From Lytechinus pictus (Eukaryota), in NCBI RefSeq assembly GCF_037042905.1, contig NC_087245.1:10046001-10110000 (forward strand): 64,000 bases of DNA, written 5' to 3'. Both the position numbers and the translations under genes were made by a program. Each line of letters starts with the position of its first letter. Position 1 is the stretch's first letter. The notes below the pieces were generated by a model. That model was not told the origin of the DNA, did no database searches, and saw nothing but the letters and a program-made list of their open reading frames with translations. Below, piece after piece: positions 54,601 to 64,000 of the stretch.

Positions 54601-57600
54601 CGTTTTGTTTACGATCAGCCATGCATTAAGTCTTTTGTTAACCATGCGATAGCTTATGTGGGAAACCGGTGAAAACAGTTTATTTAATGAAATTATGGAA
54701 ATTCAAGCCTTATTTCAAATAACCAGAACTTTGTTATTTCTTGACCATTTTCTGTAATTGAGGTATCAAATTAAAGAGCAGATATTGAACTTTTAAGACA
54801 TGTGATTTTCTTTTTGAAATTCATATACCCCCCGCCAAATGAGTTTTTGGTATCCTTCCTTCAAATTGTTTTTGCTCACTCATGCGTGAATGAGGAATAA
54901 TCTAAGTAATATCAGATGAAAGAGGAGATTCTAAGCTTTACATTGGTAGGTTATTTGTCTATTTTATTTTTGATTAAGTTATGATAAATCATCGCTAAAT
55001 CTCGGTTTCGTTTTTTCTGGGACGCACTGTATATATGAAATAAATTCATATCACACTGTAGAGATATTTCCCACATGTATGGTATTTGCTGCAAATACCA
55101 AATTTCATGTTTCTGCATCCAATACTAACATCCCCCACAATCTGTAGCTAATATAAAATAAAAACACTCAAAGAATGGACACACTTCCAACATTACAATA
55201 TTATTATAATGGAAAATGATTTTCTTCAAGAGTCAGCAGAACTGAAGCTTGTGAATTTCATTTTGAGATCTTCAGTTTGTCTAAACTTTAACCTACAGTA
55301 TATCATAAATAAAGAATGTACACTGCAACCCTCTTCCCATATTACAGATACAATACCTCTAGGTCAAATGCATACAGTTTTATCAAAAATTCCTTTTTTC
55401 CCCAGAATTTCTCAATTCACAATCACAACACAATTGAACTGTAAAGATTAAATTTATTTTTACTCATCCATGTCAACAAGCTTGGGGCAAAGTGAAATGA
55501 TACTTGAAGATTTTTTTCCACTTGGAAAAAAGACTGTTGATTAATATCATTCTACTCTAAATGTATTCAAATGTCCTTCCTAATCCAACAGATACTGCAA
55601 TACCTTGGATACATTCCTCAAATTGTAGAAATAGCAATCAGAAATTACAAAACAGCATAGAAAGAAAAAAAGGAAAAGAAAGAAAAAAAGGAAAAAATAT
55701 GTTGATGAATACATCATCAACAGATTTTTTCACACATTAGGACATCATCAGTGTGAGAGATTGCTCCCGGGGGGGGGGGGGGGGGGGGGGGGGGCACTCA
55801 GTATGTAATGCATAGTGGGTATGTGCCGCGGAGGGGACCCCCATTTTTACACTCAAATTTCCGTTCCGAGGCATAGCATTTTTGTCTTATTGAAAAAAGA
55901 ACAAAGAAAGCCGCTCCAGAGCATAGCATTTTCTTCTTCTCGAGAAAAAAGAAGAAAAAAATCCGCTCCAGGGCTTCGCATATTTTCCGTTACGCCGTTC
56001 TGGTCGCAATTTTGGTGAAAAGCGGCTGCAGCTCGCTGTCCGAACATCGCCTCTGCGCTAGCGCGCCCGTCAGTCGTGCCGCCGGGCTAGCTGCAAGTAC
56101 GTTCCATAGGGATGCATACGCACTCGCACGCAGGCAACCCGTTCCAAGGACCCCCGTTTTCACAAACATTTGTAGTTCCGAAGCCCGTTCCGAGGACCCT
56201 CCTTTTTACAATGAGCCCGCTCCAAGGCCCCCGTTTTTTGTCTCGCCCGCGGCACACCCCTACCACTTTTTTGGTCGAGTGCCCCCCCCCCCCCGGGAGA
56301 TTGCTCCTCCCTTTTCCCTCCTAATTGCAGATGAAAACGCAAAATCAGAACAGATGGTGGGACCCTTAAAAAATGAGGCCCAGTGGCACAGAAACGTTCA
56401 AATCCGAAAATAAAAGATCAGAGGGGCAAGCCATTATCAAAACTAGTTTGCCCTCCAATCTTTTGTCTGATCAGAACATTATAGCACCACTAATAAACCC
56501 TGACAATCTTCCAAACCTTCAATACACTTACCTTTCAGAAGATGACGTAGAAGAGTGACTGCAGCCTCCGCCGAGTGTATTCGTCTGATTTTCCTGGTAC
56601 GTCTGGTTGACATTGGCGTGGTTCTCTCATACGGCTCGACCCTTTCCTCCAGCATGGATGAGGTGACGGATTCATTGTCTAAGGAATTCCGGCGACGCCT
56701 GTATGGGGCTGACCGGACACGCTCTGGGTCAGCATCCTCTTCTGTGAAAAACTCGCCAAGTTTGCCTGACCAGATTTCTGCTGCCATCTGAAAAGAAAGA
56801 AATGATATTAGGTAATGTTTACAAGGTATTGTTGGTGACTGTGAAGATCAAAGCTAAAAATAAAGATGTAATGCATAATTTCCCCCCTCTCCCACACAAA
56901 GTTCTGATATATTCATATAACCTGGGGGAACATTTCATGAAGATTTTTTATCAGTGATTATCACAAACAAATGTTATAAGCTACTGAAAATCCTTGCATC
57001 TGATTGGCTGAGAGCAAAGTAATTTGATAAAGTGAAAATCACAGACAAAACTCTCAATGGAATGCTCTTGTTATATAGCGAGAAGCCACTTATTACCTCT
57101 ATAATTTTTCTTTGCATTCTTGTCTTTTAAGCTTACCAGAGCATCTTCAGCCAGATCCCGTCCAGACTTTGGTCTCTGCATAATCTCATCCACCACCACC
57201 GATGCTGCTTCTACCAGTTGTTCTAATTGAGCTTCAACCGTCCTGGGTCGTGACCTGACGCTCCCTGCAACAGACACAGGAGCTTCCAGAAGAGAGGACA
57301 TCCCGCTTCCTGATTTGATGTCGCCATCCTCCCCTGCTTCTCCTTCATTATCTTTGTTTCCATCATCAGCTAAGTCTACTTCTATTTCTACTTCACTCTC
57401 TGACCCAGCCACGGAGCCTCCTCTCTTGGATGATATATCTGCCTCCTGTAAGAAATGTTCAAATGCATCTGATGATAAAATAATGTAAGGAGAATCATTA
57501 CCAAGACACGTTGTATAGGATGCTGTCTCATTGGCTATTGCTTTCAAGGATTAACTATTTGTCCTGTGATCATAGCAAAACTTATAGAATGCTAGATTAT

Positions 57601-60600
57601 TTTCAAAGGTGGAGTAGCCCACCATTAATTGATGGTGATTTACTTTGAAAACCGGATAAAATGATGATTTAATAAACAACCAAAAAAATTTGTGTGCATG
57701 CTAAGAATGCACGATATAGGGTTAGAGCATGAATGAGATCAATACAAACTTTGAAGAGCCACATGACTACATGTATTTCTCTTGTTCATGCAGTATGTCG
57801 ACAGAAGTGAGTGAAGTTGTTGACAGCAATTGACTGAAGTGCGAAAAAGGATTAATGATGAATTAATAATATTTCATAATGGTCATTCAACAATATCTTA
57901 CTACATGTATAACAACTTTGATGATTGCAGCAATTTCTATCCCTGCAAAATATCTAACAAGTAATAGAATACAGACAAAGTGACCAAAACAAACCATCAT
58001 TATAGATATTCATTATAGAAAAAAAATATTAATCATGATAATCTGACTGCAATTCTACCTGATCATCTCCTTCACCCTTTACACTGTCCGGCTTGGACTG
58101 GTCAGCTTGACCGGGCCAATTATCTTCCTTTTCATCATCAGATAATTCACCAATAGTATCATCATCTGAAACAAATCAAAACAAATATAAAAACATTTCA
58201 GAGTTTGGTTTAAAAAAAAAAACCTGGAGAAAAACAAATTAATTTTCAATTCCACTTTCATAAAATATTAATGGCAGATCTCCTTGCTAGCAGTGAGCAA
58301 TAGTATTTAGAAAATGGTGATTTTCAAAGATATTTATAATTTCAAGATTATTAATGCTTTGCTCATAAGTCATGTCCTTTTTTTTTTGGAGGGGGGGGGG
58401 GATTTAATGGATATAGAGCAAAAGATCTGAAAAACATGATTGGAGCATAATGAGAAAATAATTGGAATATATGAATTTGTTTTAAGATAAAAATGGTGAA
58501 GGCAAAAAAAAAAAAACAGTTCACATGTACATATAAAGCTACATGTACATTATGAAAAAAAAAACAATCTAATACAAATGAACATAAAAGAGTTATTTCT
58601 ACAAAATAATATATAACTACATTATTCAAAGGAACACATGTACATAAGATATTACCCCCAAACCCGAAAACCAAAACAAACATATATGAATTCAAGGATT
58701 ATTTTCATAGAAATGCTATATTTTAAATATTGATCAAGCTATGTGATTCAATATCCATCAAAATTTTACTCAACCATAAAGAGACCAGAGTAGCTTAGTG
58801 AATCATGTGATTACACTGATAGTTATGCTTGCACATTGCCTTTGGCATAATTATGGACAAAATCATCAGGTTATTTCCTTTTGCTCAAAATTCACAAACA
58901 ACACTCCACATAAATAAACATAACATATCATTTTCTATTCTTATTAGCATGTGTATAAACTATTCCTAGCTATGTGGGAAATTACCGCACAATTCGAAAG
59001 CGAATTTTTCGGTCTTGTGTTTTTCTTTTGACGTCAAACTTTGCATTTTATTCATTTCTAAGAAAATTTCTTTGCAATGATTTTGCAACCAACATATAAT
59101 TGCGCACATAAGTTTCAATCATTGCAAGTAATCACTTACTCATATCTACGACTTTTTTTCATGAAAATATAATAGCAAAATTATAGAAAAGGTGAGATGA
59201 GGTGAATGGGTACCCGGTAGGAAGAAATTCCTTGAATGCTTGAGCGCCTAGGCAGCTCAGCTAAAGCCGGGGTAATAATAGCAGGGCCCGCTGGTAGAAC
59301 AGTTTTCGAAATTGAAGTGGCTACCCTGGGTAAATATACCTATATTATTATTATTATAGTATTATAAAAGAAAAAAAGATATATGCATATGATGGAGTTG
59401 AGCTAAAACAGAAGACAATGATTAATGCTTTAGAATTGAAATATAAACTTGAAGTAAAAAATTAACCCGGTTTAACTGATCAAATCAAAGAAGTGCATTA
59501 TCTTGAAGCTTACAGACAAGACTAGGACCTGTACCACAAAGGTTTGCAATGATCTGCACATATGAAAGGATAATTCTGATTGGTTCCTGGTCAGTGTTTT
59601 GAACAAAATGGGCATACAACCATGATCTTGATTGGCCATTTCATTTTAGTTATTGACTGCACACCTCTGTTACTGAGTCTAGATGTTAGGTGAGGTAGAC
59701 ATAAACAGACAAAAAGACTCAATTCTAATTCATTGCTAGGTAACAACAAACGTTCAACCCCCCCCCTTAAATAGATGAACAATTCAATACCAAATAATAT
59801 ATACCTTGATAAAGGCATGTAAGTCTGTTTTGCCAGGCATACTCTTGTCTGCATGTTTCATGTTATCACATTTTTTTTGAAAAGCTGCAAAGTTATGTAT
59901 TTTGCATTCGCTTTAACTTATCCTTCATGCACTTTTGGTATGTTAGTAGAGCCAAACAAAGCCATTTGAAAATGCAATTTTTAAAAAGGAAAAAAACAAC
60001 CAACCAACGACAACATAAGCATACAAATCACTAGCTTGCAAGCCGGGAAGCAGTACAGCGATTTTGCACAAACTCAAGTGGAATTTTTCCTTATATGACC
60101 ACCCAGTTCAGAACCCAAAATATAAAGAAGAGTTAGTCTTTTCAAATTTTGGCATAATACAGACAACCTTGCAACTTATCATGGGTTTTGAAATGGGTCA
60201 TCACATATTCTGATTCACTGCTGAAAACTGGAATCATGCTTGGTATAGAATCAACAAATAGCACAAAATTATCAGATTTCTTTGAAGTTGGCATACTAGC
60301 TCACATGAGAAGAAAGACACATAACCAAAACAGCACCAAAGCATCATTTTTTAGAAAGGACTTCATATGAACCAAGAAATCAGTTAACAATCACATATTA
60401 TTCAAAGATAAATATGTAGACAGCACAGTTAGATAGAGACTTGGCCCCACAAATATATATACACCAACAAGCTTTAAGGGGGGGTGTATCTTACAAAGAG
60501 TCAAGTTTAATTAGTGTTGTATTAAGTGCCAACAACACACACATGATATTTAATGCGTAATCTTATTGATGAATATGCATTAGAGCACATCCCATGAACA

Positions 60601-63600
60601 TGACCTGATCTATGTGATGATGCGTTATAAGCTATATTGAAGTGCAATTTTTAGTCATGCTTAAGTCTCTCTGACACCCCGGGTAATATCACATTGATGT
60701 CTGTTTTCAAAATATAAAGCAAGCTCAAATTAAAGCATAATAGCAATAAGTGTGATTTTGCATTTATTTTTGACGAGCATTTCTGCTACCTCTTGATGTT
60801 TTGCTGGCCCTCCGGCTTCCCTTTCCCTTCCAGGTATAGCTGAAATTTTGGAAGGACTGTGTAACATCGAGAGCCCCTGAACATTCGCGACATAATAGGA
60901 ATATAGACAAACACATTCAAAATACAAAGTACAACAATACAAGTACTAGTAGAAAACATATAGTGAAACAAACATACATCATAAAAGGGAAAATATTTTT
61001 CTTTAAGTTAGGGGATATTGCAAGAAACTATTGATTACAAGTCAATTCTTGGTCTGAAAATAATCACAATTTTGAATATCATCACAATTAATTGTGAATT
61101 TGCGTATAATTACTAGTATGCTTCTTGTAAGTGCTTATTCATATTTATCTATCAGTTCTCGCTATCAACAATAATCAAAGTTCCTGAATGTAGTGCACGT
61201 CATGAAATGAACTAGAAATTCTACTTCTTGGTCATTGATGTGTGACCCCAAAACTTCTGGGCCCTGTAACACGAACATTAGCGATTCGAATCGCTAATTT
61301 GAAAGAAGAATTCTGATTTGTTCCCAGTCAGTATACTGAGCAAAATGTGCATGCAACGATGCTCTTGATAGGCCAATTTAATTAGCGATTAATCGCTAAT
61401 CTTTGTGGTACGGGCCCCTGGTCTACTTGTACCTCAGCTAGTCTAGTCGCAATCGCTTTCGCACCGCGTCCTCAATCTCTAGTTATATTTCAAGGAGGAA
61501 AAAACTTGCTACTTCTGTTATCCCTCTTGCAGTATACTATTCTTACCTTCAAGTTGCTGGAAGTTACTGGGTCACACAAGAACGCGGTGCTAAAGCGAAT
61601 ACAGCTAGACTAGCACTACATGAAGCTACGGTACGAATAGACAGGAAGTGAGCTACATCCAGAAAATTTTGGCTTATGTCGATAGCGAGAATTTCATATT
61701 TGAAGTAGGTTTGGTTCTAACCATTTAGTAGTAACATATTAAACAGTCACATGGATATATAGGGCACGAGAACAGATTCCCATGAAAGCATACTAAGAAC
61801 CTGTCTATAGTATAGTAGCTATCATCTACTGAAGGTCATATTTTCCCCCTTGGGTGATCACTATAGATAGCTATTACTGTATTTGTAATAAATTGCACAT
61901 AAGTTTTTAAAATATCCCCATAGATAAATAAGAAGCATGGTAAAACCATGGACCTACAACTCTGAGAAGTAGCTAGGTCCAAGGTACAACTGATAATGAC
62001 ATGTAACACTTTACAGACACTCAAATGCATTTCTACAACAGATCTAAAACTAATCTACAACTACATGTAACATCCTTGAATAAGATATTGATGCATTTTC
62101 AACACTTGACTTTAATAGAAGATATCAACAGGTATCAATTATTAGAAGAGAATACAGATAAACTATCAACAAGTAAGCAGTATTTGCCATTCCTTGTATT
62201 TTTTTTCACATAGCTTTAAATTCAGCACAGGTTCAAACTTTCTAAACAAATAGACTACTGATGACAATTACCAGATCAATAATTACAATCTGTAATACTT
62301 GTTTGCAGAGGTACTTGAAAAAAAATAGAAGTTATTCAATGTTAATTTACGTTTTTATTTGAAGAAATAATTTTCAGTAGTTCATTTGAATGTTAACCCT
62401 ATAGCACCTACATATTCCTATGCATAATGGCAATTACTCACTGGAGGAAACAATAAAACTGGTAATAAGTAGGCATTGTTCCAAACAAATTGAAATATTT
62501 TTTTATAAATTTACTTTTGTTCATTACAAGTTATATTTATTTTGTAGCATAGGACCTGTTGAATAGAATGGTACATGGCAAAGTTCAATCAGATGTACGA
62601 ATATTGACCTTTGACAATCGTTTGCAGAGCGAGAAGAAAAAAAAACCAAAAGTTCGGGTTTCAGCCGCCCCAGTCCCCCGCCTTCAAAAAAATGTAAAGT
62701 ATCACTGACAGAATACTAAAGTTTTCGCCAAATCTTGGATCAAATATGTCAAAAATTAATTCCAACTTACATCTAGATGTCACTCTGTGTGATATCCAAC
62801 GTTTTGATGAACATATAGCAAGGCCCGAGCTTCTTCGGCGAAGTAAGTGGTTTTCCGAGACATGGACGCAGCCATCTTTGCTGAGATCGACTGCGCAACA
62901 GTCTGGAACTTGCTACACACCGATGCATGTCAATCGGTTTTTCTCTATTATACTCAATAGGAGCATACACTTTTCTATGCAGATCTATGTAGCAGCCAAC
63001 CTATACGGTATGCACACGCAATATTACCACGGTAAATCATAGACAAGAGATACTATAGCGCAAAGAAAACGTACGGGCGGTTCAGTGTGTAATAGGAGGG
63101 GCGGTCTCGGGCGGTTCAGGTGCTAAAGGGTTAAATATTTGAAAAAAAAAGCTGTTTCCAATAAAAAAAATGTATATAATAAACACTACTTTCTATTTTG
63201 CTTATGATGTTTATTTTATATTTCTTTTTTTATATTCCCTTTTTCCATCTCATTTTCTTATCCAATTGTCATATCTTATTGAGTATTAGTAATTAATTTG
63301 TATGTACATGTATGTGTGTGTGTGGGGGGGGGGGGGGTGGCATTATAAACCAATGCCACTTTTAGGTTTCCGTCAAAACAACACTGATTCTCAGCAGATG
63401 AAACATAAACAGACAGTGAAGTAATATGCCAGAAAATGAGAAAAGAAACAAGTCAACATTAACATGGTTTGACCTCTCACCTTTCCCAGAATGCACAGAG
63501 TCTGCTTTGATGGAACCTTGTGTAGAGGAGGACTTCTTGGAATAGGTCACGCTCCGTCTAGTATCAGACATCTTATCACGGCTGGACTCAACAGGTTCAG

Positions 63601-63690
63601 ACATAGGTAGGTCAATGACCCCTTGACCCAGTTTGACTGACCTATCAACAGTCTTTGTCTCGTCTCCATCGCCCTCAGATAGAAATTCAT
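36191..63690 (-). CDS. KIAA2012: 5'-partial large low-complexity/coiled-coil protein, KIAA2012-like (DUF4670-type C-terminus); 16 exons, about 1096 aa in window
   Basis: The exon chain is phase-consistent (3293 nt = 2 + 1097 codons). A long E/R/K-rich helix is followed by FNKELHSEANVFAHSQDMTRAFTWSYFELL, which resembles the KIAA2012 C-terminal pattern (F..ELH.EA......Q..SR....SYF..L) as I recall it. The name comes from memory, not a search. Confidence 0.7.
37155..37327 (-). CDS. KIAA2012-like coiled-coil exon (phase 2-1)
   Basis: ttttaaAG|..ERAANAAEERERLARQEEERKRQ...REEDMKRK|GTAAT. Confidence 0.88.
37928..38139 (-). CDS. KIAA2012-like coiled-coil exon (phase 0-2)
   Basis: tctAG|DSTSQGPNSISRSQAKAFKRAAEAEKRKAAVEKKRREREE...|GTAAG. 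Confidence 0.9.
38585..38760 (+). mobile_element. Degenerate tRNA-derived SINE (head plus part of body)
   Basis: A-box TGGCCGAGTGG followed by tctaagg at 38595; decayed B-box ggcttgatcct; downstream tgagcaaggcattta typical of SINE2 bodies; no intact cloverleaf. Confidence 0.7.
39047..39151 (-). CDS. KIAA2012-like exon (phase 0-0)
   Basis: aacAG|PVSLPPELPVDEIKLEPSVSAAPSEDYSEMTDFTE|GTAAGT. Confidence 0.82.
41093..41387. mobile_element. hAT-like MITE (295 bp)
   Basis: TIR CAGGCATGATATTC / GAATATCATGCCTG; 8-bp TSD gtgtagcc / atgtagcc (7/8). Confidence 0.85.
42923..42952 (-). CDS. 30-nt microexon (phase 0-0), EFSDSEEEER
   Basis: tttcatacAG|gaattctctgattcagaagaagaggaaagg|GTATGT; frame-preserving, and its composition matches neighbouring exons. 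Confidence 0.7.
43730..44040 (-). CDS. KIAA2012-like exon (phase 1-0), K/E-rich
   Basis: tgtAG|PPKEKKKIQKKTKKPAAKQ...RASPESPEFIFVQD|GTAAGT. Confidence 0.88.
44788..45744 (-). mobile_element. Helentron-associated non-autonomous element (HINE/DINE-1/pearl-like) with internal tandem repeats
   Basis: Minus strand begins TTTTTGTCTCGC..GCGAGAC (hairpin), then a short (GGC)n stretch and tandem core repeats, and ends CTTGTT; inserted in a T-run. Confidence 0.7.
45019..45640. repeat. 163-bp tandem repeat, about 4 units (plus a degenerate unit from 44884)
   Basis: gtt(c/t)attgacc recurs at 45019, 45182, 45345 and 45508 (period exactly 163). Confidence 0.95.
46155..46232 (-). CDS. KIAA2012-like exon (phase 1-1)
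   Basis: tttAG|GVPKESKTDILLYKPMTPEPPKEQPK|GTGAGT. Confidence 0.85.
46802..47002 (-). CDS. KIAA2012-like exon (phase 1-1), Ser/Lys-rich
   Basis: ttcccctctaaAG|EKPADDFDAKLNDE...DKDAFIV|GTAAG. Confidence 0.85.
47597..47749 (-). CDS. KIAA2012-like exon (phase 1-1)
   Basis: attAG|SKSAESKKRDAAGDG...VVRAPPEP|GTGAG. Confidence 0.85.
49000..49581 (-). CDS. KIAA2012-like exon (phase 1-1), acidic then Pro/Ser-rich
   Basis: ttacAG|VAEENINVRIGEE...KEKENKRRK|GTAAG. Confidence 0.88.
50917..51128. mobile_element. MITE family C; related copies at about 51506-52303 (host of the Kolobok-like insertion) and 60478-60683 (inverted)
   Basis: Shared tattaatcaataagattgcatgttacatatcat core; inverted ends gtgtttcacaaagattt / ctttgt.aaaca.ccccc. 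Confidence 0.75.
51129..51364. mobile_element. MITE family A, diverged inverted copy
   Basis: caactatggaaatcc ... ggctttccatagttg ... tgtaagacagggccc. Confidence 0.7.
51532..52115. mobile_element. Non-autonomous Kolobok-like element (584 bp) with long imperfect TIRs
   Basis: TTAA|AGGAGAATGAAAC ... GTTTCATTCTCCT|TTAA; inverted arms extend about 185 bp (e.g. gatcctcccattggcaatg / cattgccaatgggaggatc). Confidence 0.85.
53248..53307 (-). CDS. KIAA2012-like small exon (phase 1-1, 60 nt)
   Basis: taacAG|ASDPDKLDTLSDADLESLIS|GTATGT. Confidence 0.7.
53558..53754. repeat. (CACT/CAAC/CACC)n compound tetranucleotide microsatellite
   Basis: cactcactcaccaacc... run, seen directly. Confidence 0.95.
54211..55029. 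mobile_element. Non-autonomous Tc1/mariner-like foldback element (819 bp, TIRs about 345 bp)
   Basis: Starts CAGTGCGTCCCAGAAAAAACGAAACCGAGA and ends with its reverse complement; flanked by TA inside a (TA)n tract; spacer about 130 bp. Confidence 0.92.
55766..56297. mobile_element. GC-rich non-autonomous DNA transposon with CCCGGG(G)nCACTC termini; superfamily not assigned
   Basis: Perfect flanking duplication agattgct (55758-55765 / 56298-56305; 10 bp gagattgctc if the termini are 1 nt shorter); TIR cccggG(n)cactc / gagtgC(n)ggg. Confidence 0.9.
56532..56787 (-). CDS. KIAA2012-like exon (phase 0-1)
   Basis: ttttcAG|MAAEIWSGKLGE...VTLLRHLLK|GTAAG. Confidence 0.88.
56923..57068. mobile_element. 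MITE family B (about 150 bp); related copies at about 4418-4552 (inverted) and 13124-13260
   Basis: Shared core tgttataagctactgaaa..ccttgcatctgattggctgaga and catttcatgaa-type inverted ends. Confidence 0.7.
57137..57445 (-). CDS. KIAA2012-like exon (phase 0-0)
   Basis: ttacAG|EADISSKRGG...GRDLAEDAL|GTAAG. Confidence 0.88.
58059..58165 (-). CDS. KIAA2012-like exon (phase 1-0)
   Basis: gtttcAG|DDDTIGELSDDEKEDNWPGQADQSKPDSVKGEGDDQ|GTAG. Confidence 0.8.
59198..59358 (+). mobile_element. 3' portion of a SINE with (ATT)n tail; another SINE-like 3' end at about 44262-44365
   Basis: aggtgaatgggtacccgg core motif, GC-richer body, tail tattattattattat. Confidence 0.6.
60790..60876 (-). CDS. Candidate KIAA2012-like cassette exon (phase 1-1, 87 nt)
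   Basis: ttcAG|GALDVTQSFQNFSYTWKGKGSRRASKTSR|GTAGCA; open in the required phase, but the donor is weak. Confidence 0.5.
61259..61417. mobile_element. MITE family D (GGGCCC termini); diverged copy at about 59524-59679
   Basis: gggccctgtaacacgaacattagcgatt / aatcgctaatctttgtggtacgggccc; core ttctgatt.gttcc..gtcagt..caaaatg.gcat.caac shared with the 59.6-kb copy. Confidence 0.75.
61437..61614. mobile_element. Small element with about 33-bp inverted ends
   Basis: gctagtctagtcgcaatcgctttcgcaccgcgt versus acgcggtgctaaagcgaatacagctagactagc. Confidence 0.7.
62397..63130. mobile_element. Non-autonomous piggyBac-like element (734 bp)
   Basis: TTAA|CCCTATAGCACCT ... AGGTGCTAAAGGG|TTAA (12/13 TIR match); subterminal gggcggttcag repeats. 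Confidence 0.85.
63481..63690 (-). CDS. KIAA2012-like exon (phase 1-1)
   Basis: ttttccAG|..EFLSEGDGDETKTVDRSVKLGQGVIDLPMSEPVESSRD...VHSGK|GTGAG. Confidence 0.85.
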
Positions 63691-64000
63691 CTGGAAAAAA
63701 GGATGATTTTGAAAGGATTATATTTCTATTACTTAATTCTCGAATTACTGATTCTTAATTATTGCATCTTTTCCCAAAAATATAGAAGTTAACATTATCA
63801 ATGACCTTTCTATAGTAAATAGTATTGTATTTTTTATAAACTGACAGTATGATATAAATTTTCAAAATTAAATACATACATGTAAAAAAATAAAATAAAA
63901 CCAATGCCTTAGAATGACCTACAATAAATAACTGATTCAAAAGTATTCTCCAACATTCTCCCGCAGGATACAATAGTAGTTGGCAGTCAGAGGTTAATGG

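Noticed and set aside
55815..56413. Cluster of overlapping ORFs
   Set aside because: They lie mostly in a GC-rich non-autonomous transposon where stops are rare; no transposase motifs.
62746..63042. 98-aa ORF as piggyBac transposase
   Set aside because: Too short and no recognisable DDD-domain motifs; the element is non-autonomous.

Overview
AT-rich, intron-rich animal genomic DNA, not prokaryotic. The repeat landscape and gene structure suggest an invertebrate deuterostome, probably a sea urchin; that is an inference. Two convergent spliced genes fill the window. (1) + strand: an ALK1/2 (ACVR1/Saxophone-class) type I BMP/activin receptor, with 7 securely phased coding exons from 14782 to the stop at 28471. 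It has a 10-Cys ectodomain, TM helix, GS box and a kinase with the ALK1/2-type L45 loop. Its N-terminal signal-peptide exon is unresolved and shows an odd frame break. (2) - strand: the 3' ~1100 codons (16 exons, 63690 down to 36191) of a large acidic/Lys-rich coiled-coil protein whose C-terminus resembles KIAA2012; its 5' end lies beyond the window. The introns carry many non-autonomous DNA transposons (Tc1/mariner-, piggyBac-, Kolobok-, hAT-, Harbinger-like), a Helentron/DINE-like element with 163-bp tandem units, SINE remnants and microsatellites, with several nested insertions. I found no clearly new biological system. The most curious items are the signal-peptide frame break, which an 11-nt GT..AG segment would fix exactly, and a tandem copy of a receptor exon end that differs only at synonymous sites.
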